A stretch of DNA of 32,000 nt from Methylacidiphilum fumariolicum SolV (GTDB lineage Bacteria; Verrucomicrobiota; Verrucomicrobiia; Methylacidiphilales; Methylacidiphilaceae), in NCBI RefSeq assembly GCF_000297415.1, contig NZ_CAHT01000078.1. One strand, given 5' to 3'. Below are positions 18,101-27,805 of this stretch, in pieces; positions within the stretch are counted from its first letter, which is position 1; the number at the start of each line of letters is the position of its first letter. The notes beneath the pieces are model-generated. The model saw only the letters and a program-made list of their open reading frames with translations. It searched no databases and was not told where the DNA came from. The position numbers and the translations under genes are program-made.

Positions 18101-18396
18101 CCTACATTCAAAGCGGTTTGACCTCCTAAAGTTGGCAAAATAGCATCGGGTTTTTCTAGCCTGATGATCTTCTCTAGAAAATCGGCAGTGATAGGCTCAA
18201 TATAAGTTTTGTCAGAAAACTCCGGATCGGTCATGATGGTCGCTGGATTGCTGTTGATGAGGATGACCCTGAACCCTTCCTCTTTTAGCGCCTTGCAAGC
18301 TTGAACCCCAGAATAATCAAATTCGGCAGCCTGCCCAATAACGATCGGCCCACTGCCGATCACTAAAATCGACTCTATGTCCGTTCTTTTACCCAT
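15163..18396 (-). CDS. carB: Carbamoyl-phosphate synthase large subunit
   Basis: 1077 aa. Duplicated ATP-grasp halves ([21 protein letters not shown]... and [20 protein letters not shown]...) and an MGS-like C-terminal domain. No carA lies adjacent in this window. Confidence 0.98.
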   Translation of the reverse strand: MGKRTDIESILVIGSGPIVIGQAAEFDYSGVQACKALKEEGFRVILINSNPATIMTDPEFSDKTYIEPITADFLEKIIRLEKPDAILPTLGGQTALNVGVELARRGILEELGIEMLGANVQAIKKAEDRQLFKEEMLRIGLDVPQSGIARNMEEAKAVAAQINRYPLIIRPAFTLGGQGGGIAYNREEFEAIAARGLSVSPIGEILIEEGLVGWKEFEMEVMRDRKDSCVLICSIENLDPMGVHTGDSITVAPAQTLSDEEFQKMRDWSFAVIRQIGVETGGSNIQFAVDPKTGRMVVIEMNPRVSRSSALASKATGFPIAKIAAKLAIGYTLDELPNDITKKTLACFEPAIDYVVVKIPRFTFEKFPEADPTLSSSMKSVGEVMAIGRTFKESLQKALRSLEIGAFGITGGIHGHDQVLSEEQIRYFLLTPRAERIFYLRHAFRCGMDIKTVASLSGIDPWFLSQVEELVKEEQKLRTSPDPSLLLEAKMDGFSDRQLAHLWNLSEEEVRALRKSQNCLPSYRLVDSCAAEFEASTPYYYSTYEPGQSELIKAEEKEKIIILGAGPNRIGQGIEFDYCCVHALMALRELGYRTIMINSNPETVSTDYDSSDELFFEPLTTEDVLQVYERTNAAGVIIQFGGQTPLNLSLSLKKAGVKILGTSVESIEMAEDRRLFSRLIAKLGLRQPQSRIISNVQESIEAAKTIGYPVLLRPSYVLGGRAMHIVYTENDLVRFVEEAIEAAPDKPVLLDHFLEDAIEVDIDCVSDGEDVFIGAILEHVELAGVHSGDSACVIPPFSLSEPIKEEIRQTVYLLARELKVLGLMNVQFAVQKNNLYVLEVNPRASRTVPFISKAIGIPLAKLATQVIMGKKLKDLGYVGSELTPSYFCIKEAVFPFDRFAGVDILLGPEMKSTGEVMGIDDDFGIAYAKTQIALNAPLPLRGKVFISVRDQDKKDGIEIARALNKLGFEIVATEGTARALNEAGVACMKLYKLSEGRPNVLDMIKNGEIALVINTPSGPTARKDEIRIRTTSLYSKIPVMTTIAAARATVEAIRSLQSREIHVKALQEYHHGLATAR

Positions 18397-18492
18397 GATA
18401 CTTTCTGATAAAAAATGAACCCAAAGGCCTTCTCTTGAATATTTTTATCATCCATTGCAAGGCAAATCGCAAGCAGAGACCTTTTACAAAGA

Positions 18493-19608
18493 TTAATTCA
18501 ACAGCTGATACCAATTGTTTCTTCTTTTAGGTTTAAATCCACTGCTCGTAATAGCTTCTTCGATTTCTTTTACCGTAGTTCTATAGGTGGTTCCCGCCGA
18601 AGAAACTACATTTTCTTCCATCATCACACTGCCAAAATCATTGGCCCCATAATACAGGGCAATTTGTCCGACCTCTACTCCTTGAGTTACCCAAGAAGAT
18701 TGAATGTTTTCAATATTATCCAGAAAAATTCTAGCCAGTGCCTGCATGCGCAGATATTCTGACGGTCCTTTTTTTGTCGCTTTGAGTTTTGTATTTTCTG
18801 GCTGAAATGTCCAACAGATAAAAGCAGTAAAACCGCTTGTTTCATCTTGTAGCTTTCTAATTTTCTCAAGATGCTCCAACCGATCCTCTAGTTGTTCCAC
18901 ATGCCCAAACATCATCGTCGCGCTAGACTTTAACCCGAGATGGTGCGCCGTTCTCATGACTCCCAACCATTCTTCTGAAGAGCATTTTAAAGGAGCAATT
19001 TTTTTTCTGACAGAATCAACAAGGATTTCCCCCCCACCACCTGGTATGGAGCCAAGTCCGGCTTCCATGAACCGCTTGATAATCTCCTCTACAGGAAGGC
19101 GAAAGGTTTTGGAAAAGTGAAGAAACTCAGGAGGCGAAAACCCATGAATATTAATGTGGGGAAACTTTTTACGGATAGAAAAAAGCAAATCCAGATAATA
19201 ATCGATGCCGAGCCCAGGATGATGGCCTCCCTGTAAAAGGATCTGCACCCCGCCAATAGCCTCCAATTCCTTTATTTTCTCTTCAATTTGCTCTATAGAA
19301 AGCACATAATGATCAGGATCTTTGAGTGTGCGATAGAAGGCACAAAATTTGCAATAGGTGTTGCAGACATTGGTATAATTGATGTTCCTATCGATAATAT
19401 AGGTTACAATTTCAGCCCCATTCCCACCATATGCTTGGGATTTGATCTGCTTTCTCCTTAAATCCGCCAACATCCCAAGCTCAGCTAGAGGAAGGAAATA
19501 AAGCGATCTAGCTTCTTCAAGGTTTATTCTTTCAAAATTCTCTATTTTTCTTCTGACTTTGTCTATCAACTGTTCCGCTGCACCATATTCCATCGTATTC
19601 ATACCCAA
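18493..19608 (-). CDS. mqnC: Radical-SAM menaquinone (futalosine pathway) enzyme, best fit cyclic dehypoxanthinyl futalosine synthase
   Basis: 371 aa. CxxxCxxC cluster as NVCNTYCKFCAF, plus IPGGGGEIL, SATMMFGHVE, FICWTFQPENT and GANDFGSVMMEENVV. The MMFGH / WTFQ pattern fits MqnC better than MqnE from memory; the MqnC versus MqnE call is moderate. Confidence 0.8.
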   Translation of the reverse strand: MGMNTMEYGAAEQLIDKVRRKIENFERINLEEARSLYFLPLAELGMLADLRRKQIKSQAYGGNGAEIVTYIIDRNINYTNVCNTYCKFCAFYRTLKDPDHYVLSIEQIEEKIKELEAIGGVQILLQGGHHPGLGIDYYLDLLFSIRKKFPHINIHGFSPPEFLHFSKTFRLPVEEIIKRFMEAGLGSIPGGGGEILVDSVRKKIAPLKCSSEEWLGVMRTAHHLGLKSSATMMFGHVEQLEDRLEHLEKIRKLQDETSGFTAFICWTFQPENTKLKATKKGPSEYLRMQALARIFLDNIENIQSSWVTQGVEVGQIALYYGANDFGSVMMEENVVSSAGTTYRTTVKEIEEAITSSGFKPKRRNNWYQLLN

Positions 19609-20339
19609 TGAAAAGGGTTAACCTGATTTATTAATTTTAATTGTACCAATTTTTTAGAAAACTCTTCAATGCCCATTTTTTCTTTTCCTTTAACTTCATA
19701 ATGAATGAAATGGGTCAAGTAGGTAATCTCCTGTGGGGATTGAGCGATTTTTTCTATGGAAGCTAAGCCTCTTTCTTTGGCTTGGGTTAAAAGTTCTTTT
19801 ATCTTTTCTTTCTCCTCATAACCCGATCTGATCGTCCACAGGGCAAAGACAAACGGCAGACCCGTCAGTTTTTTCCAAAGACCACCCAGATCAATCACCG
19901 TTCTGTCTGGATGCTCTTTCCGATACTGTAAAGCCTTGTCTCCAATCAAAAGAAAACCATCGGCCTCCTCCTCTGCAGAAACAAACCGGAGGGGTTTACC
20001 AAAGAAACATTCAAAAATAACACGTAAAAGCAGCACCGAACTACGGCTTTCAAAGTCGGCCCGAACGGTTCGTAAGGCATCTAAAGGTTTATCGTTAACT
20101 AGGATGACACTGTAGACATCCCCATCGGCTACAATGCCTATGCCATCGACAAAATAGCTCCATCCCTCAATCAGCGATGCTCCAAGCGGACAGAGCGCCA
20201 CATCAACTTTCCCCTCTTTGAGCAACAGGGAAAGTTGAGCAGGGGCTGCAAAAACAATGTGGTTATTAAGTCCATAGATTAAAGGCTTGGCATTGAGATA
20301 AGGAACAGAACCTATTGTTGGGTAGAACATTTTGCTCAT
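19599..20339 (-). CDS. mqnA: Chorismate dehydratase (futalosine pathway, VitK2_biosynth fold)
   Basis: 246 aa. N-terminus IGSVPYLNAKPLIYGL is typical of MqnA. Its 3' end overlaps the mqnC start by 10 nt. Confidence 0.8.
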   Translation of the reverse strand: MSKMFYPTIGSVPYLNAKPLIYGLNNHIVFAAPAQLSLLLKEGKVDVALCPLGASLIEGWSYFVDGIGIVADGDVYSVILVNDKPLDALRTVRADFESRSSVLLLRVIFECFFGKPLRFVSAEEEADGFLLIGDKALQYRKEHPDRTVIDLGGLWKKLTGLPFVFALWTIRSGYEEKEKIKELLTQAKERGLASIEKIAQSPQEITYLTHFIHYEVKGKEKMGIEEFSKKLVQLKLINQVNPFHWV

Positions 20340-20354
20340 AAGACGGATGGGTTG

Positions 20355-22670
20355 TTAAACGGCTTGGGACTGAATAGGAATCTTTTTCCCTCTCTTCTCC
20401 GTTAGTCGATGAAACCAGTACAACAGAGCTGGACTTATAAAATGAGAAGAAAACATTCCCCCAAGCACCCCAATCAAAATGGCTAAGGAAAAAACAGAAA
20501 TCACTGGGCCTCCAAGGAGGAGCATCGATACGGTCGCTAACACAACCGTGCCTCCAGTCATAATCGTCCGGGCAAGGGTTTTGTTAATACCTTCATTAAT
20601 AATTTCTTTGAATGTCAAACTGCTTTTATACTTCAATGTTTCTCGGATTCTATCAGAAATAACGATCTTTTCGTTAATCGAATAGCCAAGAATCGTTAAA
20701 AAAGCGCCAATTAAGTACATATCAAATTCCTTACCAAATATGGCCATAAGACCTATGGCTAGCAACACATCGTGGAGCTGCCCAATCCCAGCAGCCAAAG
20801 CAAAAGACCATTCATAACGGAAAGATACATAAAGGAGAATGGCTAATAGACCTAGGGAAAGGGCTAAAGCCGCTCGATTTTTAAGTTCCTCGCCAACCAC
20901 TGGACCCACACTATCCATTCTGGATAGACTAAAGCCAGCGTGTGGAAATTTTTCTTTCAGTACCCCAACACTTTTTTCCCCTTCCCCATAACGAACTTGA
21001 TAGATAAGCTGCTTGGACTCTTTCGCATACTGCAGTAAGCTTGGATGGATTTTTGCTTCTTCTAAAACCTGTCTGACGCTAGCGACTGGAATCATTTCCT
21101 TATAGGCAACCGTCAGCGCATCGCCTCCAGCAAAATCAACTCCAAGAAGCTCCCCGCTTCTCAAAAAGAAAGTAGACATTCCTACTATCAGTAGAATAGC
21201 AGCCGCTGGGACCGTCAGCCAACTGAATTTTATAAAATCAAAATTTGGTTTGTGCAGGAATTTCATCATGGAAAGTTTCTTCAGCATCCCCCAAGACAGA
21301 AGCCATTCAAACACATTACGACTCAAGACAAGAGCAGCAAAAAGATTGGCAACGATACCGAGAACGAGCGTTACAGCAAATCCCTGTAAAGGACCACTCC
21401 CAAGCTCCATGAGAATGACCGAGGGAATAATCAAACTAACGTTAGAATCAAAAATGGCACTAAAGGCCTTATTGAAGCCAATAAAAATGGCTTGCCTGAC
21501 AGGAACTCCCACCTCCAGCTCATCTCTAATCCGTTCATAAATAAGCACATTCGCATCAACCGCCATGCCTATCGTCAAAATAATGCCCGCAATCCCCGGC
21601 AGAGTAAGAGTAAAATGAAACTGGGCCAGTAAGCCCAGAAGCAAGAGGAGATTGACTAACAAGGCAATGATGGAAACCAGCCCTGCCAGCCTGTAATAAA
21701 ACACCATAAAAAGGACTACAGAGGCAAAGGCAGCTAGGGCAGCATTGATGCCGCTGACTATAGAATCTCTCCCAAGAGAGGGATCCACTCCCCTTTCTTC
21801 TAAAATCTTTACGGGGGTCTCAAGCGGATTCTCAAGAACACTGGCAAGATCTTCCGCTTCTTTGGGACTCATATTCCCACCAGAAATGACAGCGCTTTTA
21901 AAAATAGCCGTTTGGATGACTGGAGCACTTTTCACTTCCCCATCTAGGACAATGGCTAACCTTTTCCCGATATTATTTGAGGTGATCTCCCCAAATCTCT
22001 TTGCCCCCGCCTCGTTGAATTCGATCACCACGGTAGGTCGACCTACTTCATCAAATCCTCTAAAAGCCCGTTTGACATACTTCCCCCCCATCTCTTCCCT
22101 TTTCTTTACAAGGATCAATGCTTCCGTTTTATTCCCTTTTGATATCTCCTGAGAAAAAGGAAGGATCTCATAGCCAGGCGGGATTTTTTCTTGTCCAGAT
22201 TGGACGGCAGCTAAAAGCTTATCCGAGTCAGGATGCACTAGCCTAAATTCCAGTTTAGCGACTTTGGAAAGCTGTTCTTTGGCCGCAGCCTTCTCTGATT
22301 CGGATAGGCCTGGAATTTGCACACTGATTCGCCGTTTGCCTACCGGTTGAATAATTGGTTCAGAAAGACCAAACTTGTCAACCCGCTTGCGAATGACCCC
22401 GATAGCCTGATCGAGCGCCCCGGAGGTGGGTTCTCCTTGTAGTTCTAACAAAAAAGCTGTTCCTCCTTTTAGATCTAGCCCAAGCCTTATCTTTTTTTCT
22501 AGCGGATAAAGGGAAAATATTGCGTTGAAGAGAATCGAGAGGGTAGAAGCCAATCCTACCCATCTTTTGATTCTGTCCTCGACAGCAGTAAAATACCAGA
22601 TGAGGGTAATAAGGAAAAAAAGGGCTGTAGCAAAAGAAAAAAACAGCATGTTACCAATACCCCTTATCAA
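20355..22670 (-). CDS. secDF: Protein translocase subunit SecDF (fused)
   Basis: 771 aa. N-terminal TM helix, SecD periplasmic head (GLDLKGGTAFLLEL, RRISVQIPG), then two 6-TM bundles, the second SecF-like. Confidence 0.95.
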   Translation of the reverse strand: MIRGIGNMLFFSFATALFFLITLIWYFTAVEDRIKRWVGLASTLSILFNAIFSLYPLEKKIRLGLDLKGGTAFLLELQGEPTSGALDQAIGVIRKRVDKFGLSEPIIQPVGKRRISVQIPGLSESEKAAAKEQLSKVAKLEFRLVHPDSDKLLAAVQSGQEKIPPGYEILPFSQEISKGNKTEALILVKKREEMGGKYVKRAFRGFDEVGRPTVVIEFNEAGAKRFGEITSNNIGKRLAIVLDGEVKSAPVIQTAIFKSAVISGGNMSPKEAEDLASVLENPLETPVKILEERGVDPSLGRDSIVSGINAALAAFASVVLFMVFYYRLAGLVSIIALLVNLLLLLGLLAQFHFTLTLPGIAGIILTIGMAVDANVLIYERIRDELEVGVPVRQAIFIGFNKAFSAIFDSNVSLIIPSVILMELGSGPLQGFAVTLVLGIVANLFAALVLSRNVFEWLLSWGMLKKLSMMKFLHKPNFDFIKFSWLTVPAAAILLIVGMSTFFLRSGELLGVDFAGGDALTVAYKEMIPVASVRQVLEEAKIHPSLLQYAKESKQLIYQVRYGEGEKSVGVLKEKFPHAGFSLSRMDSVGPVVGEELKNRAALALSLGLLAILLYVSFRYEWSFALAAGIGQLHDVLLAIGLMAIFGKEFDMYLIGAFLTILGYSINEKIVISDRIRETLKYKSSLTFKEIINEGINKTLARTIMTGGTVVLATVSMLLLGGPVISVFSLAILIGVLGGMFSSHFISPALLYWFHRLTEKRGKKIPIQSQAV

Positions 22671-22763
22671 ATTTCAAAATAAGCTTCCCACGATCGATTA
22701 TATAAACAGTCCTAATGTTTGGAAGCTTTTGCAAATCTCTTTTTTTGATAAGCAAACCATCCC

Positions 22764-23186
22764 TCATCCAGCTTTACCTTTGGCATCCTTCGATTCTTTT
22801 GTTTCTTTTGTTTCTTTGGGTTCTTCTTTTACCGTTTTTGTTACGGTTGTCAGCGCACTTTTCAATACTTCAATTTTGACATTTTCAGCGACCCGAATGA
22901 CAACGGTTTTTTCCTTGACATTCGTCACTACTCCTAAAATGCCTCCAGAAGTAATCACTCTGTCCCCGGTTTCAAGACTGGCTATGAGCTTTTCTTGCTC
23001 CTTTTTTTGTTTCTGCTGAGGCCGAATAAGCAGAAAGTAGAAGATCCCAAATATGAGAATCGTCGTTACAAAAAAGGTCATGGGGGGAGGGCCTTCTGGA
23101 ACTTGTTGGTTGGCCCCTGGGCGACCATGGGGTTGAGGGGGAGGAGGTGGCGCCATACTAAAGTAGAGTTCAACATTACTTTTCAT
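22764..23186 (-). CDS. yajC: Preprotein translocase subunit YajC, with a Pro-rich N-terminal and a Lys/Glu-rich C-terminal extension
   Basis: Core FYFLLIRPQQKQKKEQEKLIASLETGDRVITSGGILGVV. The start is uncertain; internal Met at MTFFVTTIL is an alternative. Confidence 0.85.
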   Translation of the reverse strand: MKSNVELYFSMAPPPPPQPHGRPGANQQVPEGPPPMTFFVTTILIFGIFYFLLIRPQQKQKKEQEKLIASLETGDRVITSGGILGVVTNVKEKTVVIRVAENVKIEVLKSALTTVTKTVKEEPKETKETKESKDAKGKAG

Positions 23187-23208
23187 AGAATTTCTCTTCG
23201 TTTTAAAT

Positions 23209-24351
23209 TTACTTTGTTATCTTTTTATTTTTCCATCTAGTCAACATATCAATCCATTGTCCATTGCCAATGGATAGTCTCATTTCCTTCATCAATCTGT
23301 TGTAAAATGAGAGATTATGCATAGACAAGAGCATTATACCAAGAATTTCTTGAGATTTTAACAGATGATGGATATAGGCTCTACTAAATTTTCGACAAGC
23401 ATAACAGGAACATTTTTCCTCTATAGGCAATCCATCTTTTTTAAACCTAGCATTTTTTAAATGGAGGATTCCTTCCTCAACATAGGCTGATCCATGTCTG
23501 GCTAGCCGAGTAGGTAAGACACAATCAAAAAGATCTATACCCAAATCCACCATCTGGATGATTTGCCATGGATGGCCCATCCCCATGACATACTTTGGAT
23601 AGGAACTATCCATAAAAGGGCTAAGGGCTTCGATAGTCTTCAGGCTTTCCTCTTGCGGTTCTCCAACGCTTAAGCCTCCAATCGCAAATCCATCAAAACC
23701 TATTTTCAAAAGTTCTTCAAAGCAATCCTGACGCAATTCTTTCTTCGTGCCTCCTTGAACAATGCCAAAGAGCATAGGGTTTGTAGAACGTTCCACCATT
23801 TTAGTCCCCCAATGCTTTTCCCAGCGTTCTTTGCCCATTTTAGCCCAACCTATCGTTCTTCGAGTTGCCTCAACTAAATCCTTTTCCTTAGAAGGCCAAG
23901 GCGGGCAATGATCAAGACTCATTACAATATCGGCTCCCAGTTCCATTTGAGCATCGATTACCGATTCAGGAGTCAGCAACAATGAAGAACCATCAATCGG
24001 GGATTTGAACCGTACCCCTTCGGGTAAAATTTTACAGAAAGAAGAGAGGCTAAAGACCTGAAAACCTCCACTATCAGTAAGAATCGCTCCTTCCCATCCC
24101 ATGAATTTATGGAGGCCTCCTGCCTCCTTAATAATCTGGATTCCAGGACGAAGAATGAGATGATAGACATTGGCCAAAACCATCTGGACGCCATCTTTTT
24201 CTAGATCTTTTGGGAAGACCGCCCTGACAGTCGCTGCTGTTCCCACAGGCATAAAACAGGGAGTAGACACTTCCCCATGCGGGGTAAATAGCCTGCCTAA
24301 CCTAGCCTTCGAACCCTCTACCTTTTTAATGACTTCAAATTTCATCACCAT
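23209..24351 (-). CDS. tgt: tRNA-guanosine(34) transglycosylase
   Basis: 380 aa. Motifs: LTDSGGFQV, GFAIGGLSVGE, and zinc site CSCYAC...H. Confidence 0.95.
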   Translation of the reverse strand: MVMKFEVIKKVEGSKARLGRLFTPHGEVSTPCFMPVGTAATVRAVFPKDLEKDGVQMVLANVYHLILRPGIQIIKEAGGLHKFMGWEGAILTDSGGFQVFSLSSFCKILPEGVRFKSPIDGSSLLLTPESVIDAQMELGADIVMSLDHCPPWPSKEKDLVEATRRTIGWAKMGKERWEKHWGTKMVERSTNPMLFGIVQGGTKKELRQDCFEELLKIGFDGFAIGGLSVGEPQEESLKTIEALSPFMDSSYPKYVMGMGHPWQIIQMVDLGIDLFDCVLPTRLARHGSAYVEEGILHLKNARFKKDGLPIEEKCSCYACRKFSRAYIHHLLKSQEILGIMLLSMHNLSFYNRLMKEMRLSIGNGQWIDMLTRWKNKKITK

Positions 24352-24575
24352 TATTTCTGTTATTTAAAAAAAGACGGTTGGATCTCTAAGCCAACTGTAG
24401 ACTATAGAACTGCAATCCATTTTGTTCTTGCCCCTATGCCAACCATTGGTACAAAAAAAGAATTGCATTTATGCCAAAATAAAATCAAAAAAAACATACC
24501 TAGACAGTTTGCAGTTAACATAATGGGTATCTTTTTTTCGGAAATCACCGAAGCAAAGATGAAATAATTAACTTT

Positions 24576-25604
24576 ATGCCAGAACTTCGTAAAGATCCTT
24601 TTGTGCCAAATCGATGGGTCGTTTTTTCGCCTGAAAGAAAACAAAGGCCTGTAGAATACACTGTAGTGGCTCAAAACAATCACAGAGAAATTTTCGATGC
24701 CTTTTCTTGGGGAAAAGAAAAACTCACTCCTCATGAAGTTTTTGCTTTTAGACCTAAGGATAGTCCCTCCGATTCCCCTGGTTGGCTTGTACGCGTTGTC
24801 CCCAACAAGTATCCCGCTTTACGGATTGAAGGAGATCTCCAAGCCGAGGGTATTGGAATGTTTGATCGCATGAATGGGATAGGTGCTCATGAAGTCATCA
24901 TCGAAAATCCCGATCCAACAGTCGAGCTTGCCGATCAAACAGTCGAAGGCGTTTCATTAGTACTGAAAGCCTATAGGGAGCGGATTCTTGATTTACAACA
25001 AGACATTCGCTTTCGGTACATTCTCATCTTTAAAAACAAAGGCAGGATGGCCGGAGCTACAATCATTCATCCGCATTCTCAATTGATTGCCCTGCCCATA
25101 GTCCCTCGCGAAGTGAAGGAAAAAATTGAGCAAGCTAAAAGGCATTTTGAAATGAAAGAAAGAAGCCTTTTTGCCGACGTATTACATGAGGAACTGAGCA
25201 CTGGGAAAAGGATTGTTTTAGAAAACTCTTTTTTTGCAGCTTTTTGCCCATGGGCGAGCCGTTTCCCATTTGAATCTTGGATAATGCCAAAATTCTCTTC
25301 CTTGGATTTTTCTTCTCTTGACGATAATCAGATCATGCTTTTAAGCGATATTCTTCAAAATCTTTTGAAACGATTGAAAAAAGGCTTAGAAAATCCTGAC
25401 TATAATCTTGTGCTGCAGACAGCTCCGCTTCGTAGTTCTCGACGCGAGTATATGACTGCCGTAGAAGTCGATTACCGGTGGCACATTGAAATTCTACCAA
25501 GGATTTCTTTCCTGGCAGGATTTGAATTAGGTAGTGAATTTTTCATCAATCCAGTCTATCCGGAAGAAGCAGCCGATTTTCTTCGACAAATTCGTAAGAT
25601 ATAG
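24576..25604 (+). CDS. galT: GalT-family hexose-1-phosphate nucleotidyltransferase (HIT superfamily)
   Basis: 342 aa. Active-site HxHxQ as IIHPHSQLIALP, plus GIGAHEVIIE and VVPNKYPAL. The sugar and nucleotide specificity cannot be read from the sequence. Confidence 0.8.
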   Translation: MPELRKDPFVPNRWVVFSPERKQRPVEYTVVAQNNHREIFDAFSWGKEKLTPHEVFAFRPKDSPSDSPGWLVRVVPNKYPALRIEGDLQAEGIGMFDRMNGIGAHEVIIENPDPTVELADQTVEGVSLVLKAYRERILDLQQDIRFRYILIFKNKGRMAGATIIHPHSQLIALPIVPREVKEKIEQAKRHFEMKERSLFADVLHEELSTGKRIVLENSFFAAFCPWASRFPFESWIMPKFSSLDFSSLDDNQIMLLSDILQNLLKRLKKGLENPDYNLVLQTAPLRSSRREYMTAVEVDYRWHIEILPRISFLAGFELGSEFFINPVYPEEAADFLRQIRKI

Positions 25605-25648
25605 TTTGTATAGTTTTGTATGATAGCCAATAAACAATTTTAATTGTC

Positions 25649-27805
25649 ATGAATATTCTTCTTCTCTGGCACATGCACCAACCCGACTACATTGATCATT
25701 CTACCAATGTGGCGCTTATGCCATGGGTCAGGCTTCATTCGGTTCATAGCTATCTGGACATGTTAGAAATGGTGGAAAGATTTCCAGGACTCAAAACGAT
25801 ATTTAATTTTACGCCGGTGTTGCTCGAGCAGATTGAAAAACTAGTACAAAAAGAAGCAAAAGACTTCGTTGAAATTTTAACCAGAATCCCCGCGACCGAA
25901 CTTACTCCGATCCAAAAACAAAAGATTTTGGAAAATTTTTTCAAAGCAAATTATGAAACCATGATTCGGCCTATCCCTCGGTACTATGAACTCTTGCAAA
26001 GAAGAGGCAAGGTAGTTAATTACGCAAGATTAGAAGAATTAACTTCGCTCTTTAGTCCTCAGGATTACTTAGACATACAAGTATTTTATAATCTGGTCTG
26101 GTGCGGTTATGCTGCCCGAAAGCAGTATCCTTTTCTAAACGAACTAAGAAAACAGGGCGGAAATTATACCGAAGAGCAAAAAGAAGAGCTTTTGAAAATT
26201 CATCACTCCATCCTTTCCTCCATCATCCCAAAGTATAAAATGGCTCTGGACAGAGGCCAGATCGAAATCACCACCTCTCCCTTCTACCACCCTATCCTGC
26301 CTCTTATTTATGACACCAATTTTGCTCGCCGCTGCATGCCCTATGTTAACCTCCCCTCTCAATTCAAAGCTCCCGAAGACGCATTGAACCAACTGAAGCT
26401 TGGGCAGGAAAAAATGAAGAGTGTTTTCGGTAGACCTGCCCGTGGGCTTTGGCCATCAGAAGGCTCAGTCTGTCCGGAACTTCTTCCACTGTTCAAAGAA
26501 GCAGGATTTGATTACTTTTTTACAGATGAATCCATTCTCTTCCGTAGCCTTGAACTTGATCCTCATTGGCGTGGGAAACATGAAGATCATCTCCTTCTTT
26601 TTCAGGGTTGGCGGGTAGAGTTGCCAGAGGCTTCTCTTTGTGCCCTCTTCAGAGAAAGACCCCTGTCGGATTTTATTGGATTCAAAGCTTCCCAAAACGA
26701 TCCAGGACAAGCGGCTAATTTTCTTCTCCATAGCCTTGAGAATACTTGCAAACATATTGATCCCAAAAGAGGGGCAGTTCTTATCGCTCTGGATGGAGAA
26801 AATGCTTGGGAGTCTTTTAACGATGGGGGAGAGGCTTTTCTTAGTTCCTTCTACCGGGGACTTGTGGAACATCGGAATTTAAAAACCACCCTCGCTTCTG
26901 AGTATTTTGATACCTATCCCCCAGCCAACACTGTTTATAAGCTTTATACCGGTTCATGGATCAACGCTGATTTCGATATATGGATTGGAGATAGCGAGGA
27001 GAATAAAGCTTGGGAATGGCTGGGGAAAACCAGGGAATTTTTAACTAAAAATTCAAATAAAGAAGGGAATGCTTCTGAGCTTAAAAGTTGGAAATGTCTT
27101 TATGCTGCTGAAGGCAGTGATTGGTTCTGGTGGTATGGTCCAGATTTTTCCACTGATTCCGATCAACTCTTTGATGAGCTCTTCCGCTCACATCTTAAAA
27201 ATGTGTATGGGTTTTTAGGCTTCACCCCACCACCTTATCTAGACCTGCCTATCAATGTTCCTTCTCTCCCGGTCCCTTATATTTTTCCCAGATTGTACAT
27301 AAGCCCAAAATTAACAGGAAGACTCGAAAATTATTTTGATTGGGTTGGTGCGGGATTCCTTGACATTTCGGTTCAACAAACTGCTATGTACCAATCGAAT
27401 CGGATCGGCAAAAAACTGTTCTTTGGTTTTGATAAAAATAATTTTTACCTCCGGTTAGACTTAGCAACAAAACCAGAAATTGTGGTCGTTGACTTTATCT
27501 CTCCGGCCATCCATAGAGTCGAATGTGTCGCCAAAGATAGTAACCTATGGGATAAGAAAATTGAAGCCATGGACAGTGCCGGTATTTTTCAGCCTGTGGG
27601 AGGAACAATAGAGGTCTTTTGGGATGATTTCTTTGTCCTAGCTCTGCCTGTAGCTGCCATAGGTTGGAAAGAAAATAGTCAAGTTAGTTTTTTTGTAAGG
27701 ATCCTTAATCATGAACATCTAAGCCTGGAAAGATATCCTGAAAGAGGGACTATTGATTTCCTATTTCCTTCTGAGGATTTTGAGTTACAACAATGGTTCA
27801 TTTAA
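25649..27805 (+). CDS. Glycoside hydrolase family 57 enzyme (amylase/amylopullulanase-like)
   Basis: 718 aa. GH57 conserved regions: LLWHMHQPDY, nucleophile region GLWPSEGSV, acid/base region ALDGENAWE, and AEGSDWFWWYG. Confidence 0.9.
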   Translation: MNILLLWHMHQPDYIDHSTNVALMPWVRLHSVHSYLDMLEMVERFPGLKTIFNFTPVLLEQIEKLVQKEAKDFVEILTRIPATELTPIQKQKILENFFKANYETMIRPIPRYYELLQRRGKVVNYARLEELTSLFSPQDYLDIQVFYNLVWCGYAARKQYPFLNELRKQGGNYTEEQKEELLKIHHSILSSIIPKYKMALDRGQIEITTSPFYHPILPLIYDTNFARRCMPYVNLPSQFKAPEDALNQLKLGQEKMKSVFGRPARGLWPSEGSVCPELLPLFKEAGFDYFFTDESILFRSLELDPHWRGKHEDHLLLFQGWRVELPEASLCALFRERPLSDFIGFKASQNDPGQAANFLLHSLENTCKHIDPKRGAVLIALDGENAWESFNDGGEAFLSSFYRGLVEHRNLKTTLASEYFDTYPPANTVYKLYTGSWINADFDIWIGDSEENKAWEWLGKTREFLTKNSNKEGNASELKSWKCLYAAEGSDWFWWYGPDFSTDSDQLFDELFRSHLKNVYGFLGFTPPPYLDLPINVPSLPVPYIFPRLYISPKLTGRLENYFDWVGAGFLDISVQQTAMYQSNRIGKKLFFGFDKNNFYLRLDLATKPEIVVVDFISPAIHRVECVAKDSNLWDKKIEAMDSAGIFQPVGGTIEVFWDDFFVLALPVAAIGWKENSQVSFFVRILNHEHLSLERYPERGTIDFLFPSEDFELQQWFI

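Noticed and set aside
24402-24734. 110-aa minus-strand ORF spanning the tgt/galT intergenic region and the galT start
   Set aside because: It overlaps the well-supported galT N-terminus, has Phe/Ile/Lys-rich AT-driven composition, and has no motifs.
25316-25330. Exact 15-mer TCTTGACGATAATCA shared between galT (25316-25330) and the 80-aa ORF region (30636-30650), both translating to SLDDNQ
   Set aside because: About one exact 15-mer self-match is expected by chance in a 32-kb window considering both strands, and identity stops abruptly on both sides.
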